A stretch of DNA of 64,000 nucleotides from an uncultured Chloroflexia bacterium (GTDB taxonomy: Bacteria; Chloroflexota; Dehalococcoidia; DSTF01; JALHUB01). Every line of letters begins with the position of its first letter. The stretch's first letter is position 1. Positions 41,376-49,258 of the stretch are shown here, one piece after another. Location of the stretch: NCBI GenBank assembly GCA_963703345.1, contig OY969814.1:1728001-1792000 (forward strand). Reading direction: 5' to 3'. The notes beneath the pieces are model-generated. The model did no database searches. It saw only the letters and a list, made by a program, of their open reading frames with translations, and was not told the DNA's origin. Both the position numbers and the translations under genes were made by a program.

Positions 41376-41963
41376 ATGAAGACATTAATGAGGCTCTTTG
41401 GGAGAGCCACTCACGGGGAGGATGGCATCACCGGCCTGGAGACGGCCATCATCCTGATCGCGTTCGTAGTGGTGGCGACTGTCTTTGCGTTCGTCGTGCT
41501 GAGCACAGGTCTGTTCAGTTCTGAGCGAGGCAAAGAGGCGGTCTACTCCGGACTCGCGAAAACCGAGGGTTCGCTGGAGTTGAGGGGCAGTGTCATCGCC
41601 AACACCGACGGCACGATCGTGGATAATATCGTCTTCGACCTGGCCAACGCGGCCGCCGGCGAGCCCGTCAACCTCGATCCCGCCGCTACGAGCAACAAGA
41701 TGGTCATCGCCTACCGCGACGCCAGTACCAACATCCCCAGCATCGACTGGAGCGTCACCTGGCTGGTGCCAGCAACGCCGGTAGCGAACCAGGGCAACCT
41801 GCTGTCGGAAGGTAAGCTGGCGGAGATAAAAGTCGACGTCACCGCCCAGAACCTGGGGCCCAACCAGCCTTTCGTCATCGAGGTGAAGCCACCGCTCGGC
41901 GGCACGATGGTGATCGCCAGGACCACGCCGGCAGGACTGGACACGGTGGTCGACCTGCACTAG
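41376..41963 (+). CDS. arlB: Archaellin (archaeal flagellin) with class III signal peptide
   Basis: ...GEDG|ITGLETAIILIAFVVVATVFAF: canonical archaellin N-terminus with +5 Glu; C-terminal FVIEVKPPLGG..IARTTP; GGGAGG RBS. Confidence 0.93.
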   Translation: MKTLMRLFGRATHGEDGITGLETAIILIAFVVVATVFAFVVLSTGLFSSERGKEAVYSGLAKTEGSLELRGSVIANTDGTIVDNIVFDLANAAAGEPVNLDPAATSNKMVIAYRDASTNIPSIDWSVTWLVPATPVANQGNLLSEGKLAEIKVDVTAQNLGPNQPFVIEVKPPLGGTMVIARTTPAGLDTVVDLH

Positions 41964-42052
41964 CAAGAGTTCATTGCCGCGAAGGCGGCGCGGCGACGCC
42001 AAAGTGAGGGGTCGCAGCCGGAAAAGCGCCGTCATGGCAGGGAGGCAGAAGC

Positions 42053-42841
42053 ATGGAACTCAACGCAAAGATCGCTTCTCTTGAGGACGAGGTGAAACTC
42101 CTCAAGGGAGAAGTCAAACTAATACTGAGCGAGATCCGCACGGCGATACTTGGCCAGGACAATCCCTTCGCGGAGCCTGGCCAAGGATTGCGTCTGGACC
42201 CGAGCGCTCTCGACTCGCGGCCGCCGATAAAGGTCGTGCGGGTGTCGAACGAGGCGCCTGAGGCCGAAGAGGAAGCCGAGGCGGCCACGGCGCTGCCCGA
42301 GGATGTCTGGGAGAACGAGCCGGAGGAACCGACTCCCATGCCGGAGCCGGTGGCGATGGAGAAGCCGCCGGAAGCGCGGCAGGTGGAGGAACCTCCCCCG
42401 GTCGCGAAACCGGCCATGAGCTACCCGACACCGCCGCCGCTGGTCCCGCCGCCGAAGCCGATCGCCGTTCGTCCGATTGAAGCGGCGGTCGCGCCGAAGC
42501 CGCAGGCGGTGCCGCCTCAGCCGGTCGGAAGGCCGCATTGGAGCCTGATAACGATCGCCGGTCTGGCTGTCTGGGCTGAGGAGGCCATCAAGCAGATCGG
42601 CGTGAAGCGGCTTCGCATTCTCCTGGACCTGTGCGAGTTCACGGGCGATCTCTCCCCGGACGCGAAGGAGGCGCTGCTCAAGGTATCGACTCTGGCGCAC
42701 GCGACGTTGGAGAGGAAGACGCCGCCCTCAACGAACGAGTGCCTGGTAGTGCTCTGCCAGCTCGACGCGCTTCTGCGGGGAGAGCAGCCGGCCAGCCTCA
42801 GTCTGCATGGCCCGGCTGAAAAGTGGCAGCAAACGGCCTAG
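42053..42841 (+). CDS. ArlC/D/E (FlaCDE)-like archaellum accessory protein
   Basis: N-terminal coiled coil ending ...NPF, acidic Pro/Glu linker, C-terminal helical domain (W..EAIKQIG..RLRILLD...GDLS); position between arlB and arlG. Confidence 0.65.
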   Translation: MELNAKIASLEDEVKLLKGEVKLILSEIRTAILGQDNPFAEPGQGLRLDPSALDSRPPIKVVRVSNEAPEAEEEAEAATALPEDVWENEPEEPTPMPEPVAMEKPPEARQVEEPPPVAKPAMSYPTPPPLVPPPKPIAVRPIEAAVAPKPQAVPPQPVGRPHWSLITIAGLAVWAEEAIKQIGVKRLRILLDLCEFTGDLSPDAKEALLKVSTLAHATLERKTPPSTNECLVVLCQLDALLRGEQPASLSLHGPAEKWQQTA

Positions 42842-42894
42842 GAGGGCCAACAGATCCGTCCCCCTAGGATGACGGAGCAAGAGGGGGTGCCGCC

Positions 42895-43371
42895 ATAGAA
42901 AAGGCCATTACCACTATCCTGCTAACCGTGGCGGGAATCGTAGCCGTCGTAGCGGTCGTCAACGCGGTGTTGCCCAGCGTCGACCGGACGAGCGGCGCCC
43001 TGACCTCCACGGCCAGCGTCATCGACGACCGGCTGGGCAGCCAGGTCGAAATCGTCCATGCCACCGGCGAGAACGGCGCTACCGTTGCCGACGTGTGGGC
43101 GAAGAACGTCGGCTCAACCATCATCGACCCGCTGGACAGGATAGACATCTTCTTCGGGCCGGAGGGGCAGTTCGTCCGCATCCCATACGGCGGCGCCAGT
43201 TGCAGCGCGCCTTGCTGGGAGTACAGCCTCGAGAACGACACGAAGTGGAAGCCGACCGCGACGTTGCACATCGTGATCCATCTCGGCGACGCGCTTCAAT
43301 CGAACACTGTCTATTACGCCAAGGTCGTCGCGCCAAACGGGTCGAGCGACGCGAAGTTCTTCACCGTGTAG
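42895..43371 (+). CDS. arlG: Archaellum stator protein ArlG (FlaG); apparent ATA start, first canonical start is GTG 42928
   Basis: N-terminal hydrophobic helix, WAKNVGS motif, archaellin-like beta domain, APNG near C-terminus; arlG-F-H-I-J order. Confidence 0.75.
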   Translation: MEKAITTILLTVAGIVAVVAVVNAVLPSVDRTSGALTSTASVIDDRLGSQVEIVHATGENGATVADVWAKNVGSTIIDPLDRIDIFFGPEGQFVRIPYGGASCSAPCWEYSLENDTKWKPTATLHIVIHLGDALQSNTVYYAKVVAPNGSSDAKFFTV

Positions 43372-43383
43372 GGGCGAGAAGGT

Positions 43384-43890
43384 ATGGAAACGAGCATTCC
43401 CGCCCTTCTCATCGCCGCCATTATGATGATCACCACCGTAGTCATGGCGAGGAGCGGCTACAGCTCCGTCGACCGGTTGGGACAGTCGTGGCAGGGGATG
43501 GAGCAGCGCCTGGAAGAGCGCGTACGGACGCAACTGACGGCGGTGAGCTCGCAGGTGGACAGCAGTCACGCCAACATTACGCTGCAGTTACGCAACGACG
43601 GCCAGACGACGGTGGCGGACTTCGCGCGGATGGACGTGGTGGTGCAGTACCTGTCGGAATCGGGGACGCGCTACGCCCACTGGATACCGTTCACGTCAGG
43701 GGCGCTCCAATCGAACACGTGGCGGGTGGCGTCCATCGCCAACGACACTTTTGAACCGGGCGTCCTGAACCCCGGCGAAATCTTGCAACTGGAGATAAGA
43801 ATCAATCCGCCGATGGGACCCGGCACGAACGGCTGGGTCATTGTATCAACCGAGAACGGCGTCACCGTTTCCGCGGACGTGACAGGATAG
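43384..43890 (+). CDS. arlF: Archaellum stator protein ArlF (FlaF)
   Basis: N-terminal TM, LRNDGQT, LNPGE, STENGV motifs. Confidence 0.75.
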   Translation: METSIPALLIAAIMMITTVVMARSGYSSVDRLGQSWQGMEQRLEERVRTQLTAVSSQVDSSHANITLQLRNDGQTTVADFARMDVVVQYLSESGTRYAHWIPFTSGALQSNTWRVASIANDTFEPGVLNPGEILQLEIRINPPMGPGTNGWVIVSTENGVTVSADVTG

Positions 43891-43901
43891 GAGCCAGAAC
43901 C

Positions 43902-44618
43902 ATGTACCAGGCAGCTTACGGCGAGCCGAGACGGATGGTGGCGACGGGCAACCCGGAGGTGGACAAAAAGATCGGCGGCGGCATACCGGTGGGATCGCTG
44001 TCGCTCATCGAAGGGCAGTCGGACTCCGGCAAGAGCGTGCTCCTGCAGCAGCTTGTCTGGGGCGCGCTATCGGAGAACTTCCGCGTCGCCTACTACACGA
44101 CGGAGAACACTACGCGGAGCCTGCTGCGACAGATGGAGAGCCTGGGGATGAACATCATGGACCACTTTCTCCTGGGCAGGCTCAACATTTACGTCGTGCC
44201 CTCAGCGATGTCGGCGGACGAATCGCTGACGTTCTTCAGCCGGTTGCTGGACCACGTTTCGCGGCAGGCGAGCTACGACATCATCGCTATGGACTCGCTT
44301 ACCTCATACGTGTCGCACGTGCCGGAGCGCGACACGCTGACCTTCTTCAACGCGCTGAAGAAGATCTGCGACGAGAACAAGACCCTGCTGATAACCCTGC
44401 ACGCCTACGCCTTCGACGAATCAATGTTTATCCGCATTCGGTCGATCTGCGACGCCCACCTGCGACTGCGGATCGAGGAGGTGGGCGACCAGCTCGTCAA
44501 GGTTCTGGAAGTTGCCAAGGTGCGCGGCGCCGAGAAGACGACGGGGAACGTCGTCAGCTTCGAGGTCGAGCCCGGCATGGGAATGAGGATAGTGCCGATT
44601 ACAAAAGCAAAAGCCTGA
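43902..44618 (+). CDS. arlH: Archaellum KaiC/RecA-like protein ArlH (FlaH)
   Basis: EVDKKIGGGIP, Walker A GQSDSGKS, YYTTE, MDSLT, FEVEPGMG. Confidence 0.9.
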   Translation: MYQAAYGEPRRMVATGNPEVDKKIGGGIPVGSLSLIEGQSDSGKSVLLQQLVWGALSENFRVAYYTTENTTRSLLRQMESLGMNIMDHFLLGRLNIYVVPSAMSADESLTFFSRLLDHVSRQASYDIIAMDSLTSYVSHVPERDTLTFFNALKKICDENKTLLITLHAYAFDESMFIRIRSICDAHLRLRIEEVGDQLVKVLEVAKVRGAEKTTGNVVSFEVEPGMGMRIVPITKAKA

Positions 44619-44619
44619 T

Positions 44620-46362
44620 ATGCCGAACCTGCTGCCCTTTCCCTGCGAGAACGTCGTCGACGACCACAAGAACGGCGCCGGCGACTGTGCTCTGAAGAAG
44701 CTTGTCTCCAAGGAGCTGCTGGAGCGCGCCGAGGCTTCGCCGCACCTGATGGACTACCTCCACATGGTGCCGATGGCGCTAGTCGGCGTACCCGACTTCT
44801 ATCCAGAGATCAGCCGCAAGCTGGGCGAGCTGGAGCATCCTAATTTGATCTATCCGGTCGGCGACGACATGTTCGTCCACATCTTCCCGGACACGGAAGA
44901 CCCCCGCAACTACTATCTGGCGGTCGAGCCGCCGGTGGGAATGGATGTCGAGGAACTGCTGCGGGAGGTGGAGCGACGGCTGCTGGACTACGTCGACATT
45001 CTGGCGCTGGCCCAGACGGAGGAGGAGAGGGCGCAGGCGCTTTGCGATGCCGTGGAGCAGTGCTGCACGGTAAAGGGCGGCGGGCATGCCGCCAACGGCG
45101 AGAAGAAGCACGGCGGGCACTTCCCCTTCGGCGGCGGCGGCCATGAAGCGCGAGTGCCGGTCACGCAGCGGGAGCTGAACATCATCAAGTATACGATTCT
45201 GCGCGACAAGATAGGCATGGGGGCGCTGGAGCCGCTGATCAAGGACTCGAACATTGAGGACATCAGTTGCAGCGGTATCGGTGCTGTCTTCGTCGAGCAC
45301 AAGATCTTCAAGGGGCTGAAGAGCAGCATTATGTTCCACACGCACGAGGAGCTGGACGACTTTGTGCTGCGTCTGTCGGAGAACATCAGGAAGCCGGTCA
45401 CGTTCAAGAACCCGATCGTGGACGCGGCCCTGAACGACGGCTCCCGTATCAACATCGTCTACGGCGGTGAGGTGTCGAAGCGGGGCAGCAACTTCACCAT
45501 CCGTAAGTTCGCCGAGACGCCGATCAGCATAGTCGACCTCATCAACTTCGGCGCCCTCGATCACAAGATGGCGGCCTACCTGGCGATCATCGTCGGCGAT
45601 GGGCTCAACCTGTGGGTCTCCGGCGAGACGGCGTCCGGCAAGACAACGCTGCTCAATGCGATAACGACCTTCATTCGCCCGGACGCCAAGATCGTGACGA
45701 TTGAGGACACGCCGGAGCTGCAGGTGCCACACAAGAACTGGATCCGCGAAGTCGTGCGCATGTCCGGCGACACGACGCAGGGCGCCTCCGTCGACATGTT
45801 CGGCCTGCTCAAGGCGGCTCTGCGGCAGCGGCCCAACGCCATCCTCGTCGGCGAGATCCGCGGCGAGGAGGGCGCCGTCGCCTTCCAGGCGAAGCAGACG
45901 GGCCACCAGGTGATGTCGACATTCCACGCCTCGACCGTCGAGAAGCTGATCCAGCGTGTCACCGGCAACCCGATCAACGTGCCCAAGCCCTACATCGACA
46001 ACCTCAACGTCGTGGTGATCTGCAGCGCCGTCCGGCTGCCGTCCGGGAAGCTGGGGAGGCGCATCCTGAGCATCAACGAAATTATTGGCTATGACCTGTC
46101 GTCGGACTCGTTCTCCTTTGTCGAAGCGTTCCGCTGGAATCCGGCAGACGACGTGTTCGAGTTCACGGGCAACATGAACAGCTACCTGCTGGAGAACCGC
46201 GTGGCGCCGCGGCGCGGACTAACGCCGAAGGACAAGCGTAAGATCTACCTGGAGCTAGATAAGAAGGCGGCGATTCTAGAGAAGCTGCAGCAACAGGGTA
46301 TCGTGAACTTCTATGATCTCTATCAACTCCTTGCTAAGGCGCAACGCGAAGGACTCTTCTAG
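44620..46362 (+). CDS. arlI: Archaellum motor ATPase ArlI (FlaI)
   Basis: IEDISCSG, GSRINIVY, FTIRKF, GETASGKTT, IEDTPE, LRQRP..ILVGEIRG, TGH..STFHA. Confidence 0.92.
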   Translation: MPNLLPFPCENVVDDHKNGAGDCALKKLVSKELLERAEASPHLMDYLHMVPMALVGVPDFYPEISRKLGELEHPNLIYPVGDDMFVHIFPDTEDPRNYYLAVEPPVGMDVEELLREVERRLLDYVDILALAQTEEERAQALCDAVEQCCTVKGGGHAANGEKKHGGHFPFGGGGHEARVPVTQRELNIIKYTILRDKIGMGALEPLIKDSNIEDISCSGIGAVFVEHKIFKGLKSSIMFHTHEELDDFVLRLSENIRKPVTFKNPIVDAALNDGSRINIVYGGEVSKRGSNFTIRKFAETPISIVDLINFGALDHKMAAYLAIIVGDGLNLWVSGETASGKTTLLNAITTFIRPDAKIVTIEDTPELQVPHKNWIREVVRMSGDTTQGASVDMFGLLKAALRQRPNAILVGEIRGEEGAVAFQAKQTGHQVMSTFHASTVEKLIQRVTGNPINVPKPYIDNLNVVVICSAVRLPSGKLGRRILSINEIIGYDLSSDSFSFVEAFRWNPADDVFEFTGNMNSYLLENRVAPRRGLTPKDKRKIYLELDKKAAILEKLQQQGIVNFYDLYQLLAKAQREGLF

Positions 46363-47869
46363 CGAGGTCGCGAAGGAGCGCGACAAGCTAGATAAGCCGG
46401 CCCGTTTTTTCGGTCGGCAGCCCCTGGCGTTCGACCTAGTGACGCAGCTCACCTACATGTCCGCCATTGCGACGGCTGGTATCTCGCGCGCGCAGCTCTT
46501 CGAGCACACCGCCAACCTCAGCTACAGCACGTCGGTCCTGTTCCGCCGCATTCACTGGGCAGCGCAGCGACTGAACTACGACTACGCGCAGGCCTGCGAA
46601 GTCGTCGCGGAGACGCTTGCCGACGAGAACATGCGCAGCCTGCTGCTACGCTTCGCCAGCGCCCTCGCTTCCGGCGAAGGCGAGGCGCCCTTCCTGGCGC
46701 GGGAGATGGAGGTGCAGCTCGAACTGTACGGCAAGCAATACGAACGCGACCTGGAGACGCTGCAACGGTGGACGGACGCCTACGTGGCGTTGATGGTGTC
46801 GGCGGCGCTGATCGTGGTCATCTCGCTCGTCTCGATGATGATTTACAGCATGGGCGCCGGCCTCATCGTTGGACTGGCGGTTGTGGTCATCGCGACCACC
46901 TTCATCGGCTCGTATATCGTCTACACGGTGGCGCCACTGGAGGTGAAGGCCTGCACGCTGGCCGAGTTCTCGCACGAACGGCATTTCGCCGCCCTACTCG
47001 CCAGATATGTGCTGCCGGTGGGACTGGCAGCAAGCGCCGGCGTGATGCTATTGGGGTTCGGCATAGCGATAGCGTTCATAACGATGTCGATCTTCCTCCT
47101 GCCGGTGGGCGTGCTGGCGTTCCGCGAGGACTTGCAGATCGACCGGCGGGACCGGGACGTGGCCAGCGTGCTGCGGGCGATGGGCAGCATGGTCGCGGCG
47201 ATGGGCAGCACTGTCAGCGAGGCGCTGACGCGGCTCAACCGCCGCTCTCTCGGCTCGCTGGAGCCGCAGGTGAAGCGACTGCACGTCCGGCTGCGCAACG
47301 GGCTGCGGTCGGACCTGTCGTGGTCACGGTTTGCGGCGGAGTCGGGCAGCGAGATGGTGACTCGCAGCGTGCGCATCTTCTGGGACGGACTGCGGCTGGG
47401 CGGCGACGCGGATCGCATCAGCTACCTGGCGTCGATGCTGGCAATGAAGGTCTCCCTCCTGCGGGCGAGCCGCAAACTGGTGTCTTCGACCTTCACGTTC
47501 ATCATGATCCCACTCCACGTGGCGCTGCTGTCGATCCTGCTGTTCGTGTCACAGGTGCTGGTCATATTCGGGGCGAAGATGATGGAGGTACAGGCCCAGG
47601 GGATGGACACCAGCGTCGCCAATGACGCCAGCGTATCGACGACCTTGCTTTTCAGCGCGCCCAACATGGATTTCGTCCGCTCGTTCATCGTCGCCGTCAT
47701 ACTGGTCTTGACGCTGGCCAACACTTTCGCGCCGTACGCGGCATCGGGAGGTCATCCCTATAAGCTGTGTCTCTATGGCTCCGTCATGTGCTTTTTGTCC
47801 GGCGTGGCGATGCTGGTGATCCCGGCCGTCGTGCAGGCCCTTTTCGCCAGCGTCTCAGCACCGATCTAA
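46313..47869 (+). CDS. arlJ: Archaellum membrane platform protein ArlJ (FlaJ); start uncertain
   Basis: LTYMSAIATAG, LLRFASALASGE, Y...LETLQRWTDAY, multiple TMs, second cytoplasmic domain, GGH near the C-terminus. Confidence 0.88.
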   Translation: MISINSLLRRNAKDSSSEVAKERDKLDKPARFFGRQPLAFDLVTQLTYMSAIATAGISRAQLFEHTANLSYSTSVLFRRIHWAAQRLNYDYAQACEVVAETLADENMRSLLLRFASALASGEGEAPFLAREMEVQLELYGKQYERDLETLQRWTDAYVALMVSAALIVVISLVSMMIYSMGAGLIVGLAVVVIATTFIGSYIVYTVAPLEVKACTLAEFSHERHFAALLARYVLPVGLAASAGVMLLGFGIAIAFITMSIFLLPVGVLAFREDLQIDRRDRDVASVLRAMGSMVAAMGSTVSEALTRLNRRSLGSLEPQVKRLHVRLRNGLRSDLSWSRFAAESGSEMVTRSVRIFWDGLRLGGDADRISYLASMLAMKVSLLRASRKLVSSTFTFIMIPLHVALLSILLFVSQVLVIFGAKMMEVQAQGMDTSVANDASVSTTLLFSAPNMDFVRSFIVAVILVLTLANTFAPYAASGGHPYKLCLYGSVMCFLSGVAMLVIPAVVQALFASVSAPI

Positions 47870-47884
47870 TAGTTGGAGGTTCCG

Positions 47885-48238
47885 ATGAAGCTCATACCAT
47901 TCCTAAGGTTTGGCGGCAGTCACGTCGGAGAGGATGACGTGCCTAACGCGCCCCTGCCCGTCGATCCACTGGAGGCGCCGACGGACGAAGAGCAGGAAGA
48001 GGAAGAGGAAGAGGAAGAAGAGAAGCCGGAGGAGGAGAAGCCGGCGGAAGAGGCGTCGCTTGGCGGCGACGATGACATGCTGAAGATCTTCACGGCGGTG
48101 GACGAGGAGTTCGTGGACAACACCGGCCTCACCTCGGACATGGAGGAGGTATCGGCGGATGACTTGCTCGAGGAGGCACGGGCGCTTGGGCGGGTCCTCG
48201 GCGTGCAAGTTGTCCACGAGGAGGAGCAGGCAGTCTAG
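47885..48238 (+). CDS. Small highly acidic hypothetical protein
   Basis: GGAGG RBS; poly-Glu tract; 15 nt after arlJ. Confidence 0.65.
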   Translation: MKLIPFLRFGGSHVGEDDVPNAPLPVDPLEAPTDEEQEEEEEEEEEKPEEEKPAEEASLGGDDDMLKIFTAVDEEFVDNTGLTSDMEEVSADDLLEEARALGRVLGVQVVHEEEQAV

Positions 48239-48250
48239 CGGGAGGCCTGG

Positions 48251-49249
48251 ATGAACGCCCGCCTTCGCATCGTCGCTCCCTGCTCGCTGGCGATTGCGGT
48301 GAGCCTGGCAGCAGCGTCGGTTGTGGCGGCGCACGAGCGACTGCCGGCAGCGGTGAACGTCTCCCCGCCACAGGAAGTGGCGACATCCACTGTCGCCCCG
48401 CCACCGGAGGCCACTCCGACGCCAACGCTGGGCGACGTCGAGGCAGCGCCCGCGAGTAGCGGCGGAGGCGAACCGCGGTTGTTGCCGGTCCCAGCGGAAG
48501 CGCAACCGTCGACGAACGCGCAGGTGCTGGCGGGCCCCGGCACGCTCCTTCAACAGGCGCCCACGCCGCGACCGCATCGCCCGACCATCGTCCTCGACCC
48601 GGGGCACGGCCGCGGCGACCCGGGAGCGGTGCATCATCTGCCCGACGGCAGCGTGGACCTGACGGAGGCGGAGGCAAACCTGGACATCGCGGAGAAGCTG
48701 CGTCATTTCCTCGAGGCGAAGGGATACGACGTTTACGTGACGCGCTCAGGATTCGGCAAGCCGCTGGCCGCGGGGCCGCTTTCGCAGTCGCTGATCTCGC
48801 GCGACCTGATGGACCGCGTCCGTCTCGCGGCGGCGGTCGACGGCGACGTATTCATATCGATTCACAACAACGGCTCGCCGCATCCGGCGCAGTCGGGCAC
48901 GGAGATATGGTATTGCGGCCAGCATCGATTCGGTACGGAAAGCGCCCGTCTGGCAGAGCTCATCCTCGACGCTGCCGTGCAGGGGCTGAAGGACTACGGC
49001 TATGAGACGGTACGGCGCGGTACGCAGGAGGACTCGACGGTGCATGATTCGCCGGGCTTCTGCCAGTTCCTCGTCACGCGCGAGGTGCAAATGCCGGCGG
49101 TCCTCACGGAAATCCTCTTCCTGACGAATGACGCCGACGCGGCGGTGCTCAAGGACCCGGTGGCGAGAGAGGCGGTCGCGGACCGGGTAGCGCAGGCAAT
49201 CGATACCTTCCTCCGCGAACGAGGCTCCGCGCCTCAGCAGCCCAACTGA
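48251..49249 (+). CDS. Secreted N-acetylmuramoyl-L-alanine amidase (Amidase_3)
   Basis: Signal peptide, Pro/Thr linker, IVLDPGHG, EAEANL, VYVTR, FISIHNN, AVLTEILF Zn-amidase motifs; GGGAGG RBS. Confidence 0.9.
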   Translation: MNARLRIVAPCSLAIAVSLAAASVVAAHERLPAAVNVSPPQEVATSTVAPPPEATPTPTLGDVEAAPASSGGGEPRLLPVPAEAQPSTNAQVLAGPGTLLQQAPTPRPHRPTIVLDPGHGRGDPGAVHHLPDGSVDLTEAEANLDIAEKLRHFLEAKGYDVYVTRSGFGKPLAAGPLSQSLISRDLMDRVRLAAAVDGDVFISIHNNGSPHPAQSGTEIWYCGQHRFGTESARLAELILDAAVQGLKDYGYETVRRGTQEDSTVHDSPGFCQFLVTREVQMPAVLTEILFLTNDADAAVLKDPVAREAVADRVAQAIDTFLRERGSAPQQPN

Positions 49250-49258
49250 CGAAAGGCG

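Noticed and set aside
43902-47869. Tad pilus or type II secretion system as an alternative reading
   Set aside because: Archaellin-type N-terminus, FlaH-type KaiC-like ATPase, single large FlaJ-type platform and G-F-H-I-J order fit an archaellum better
47994-48024. GAAGAG microsatellite as a phase-variation tract
   Set aside because: In-frame poly-Glu coding; unit changes would not shift the frame
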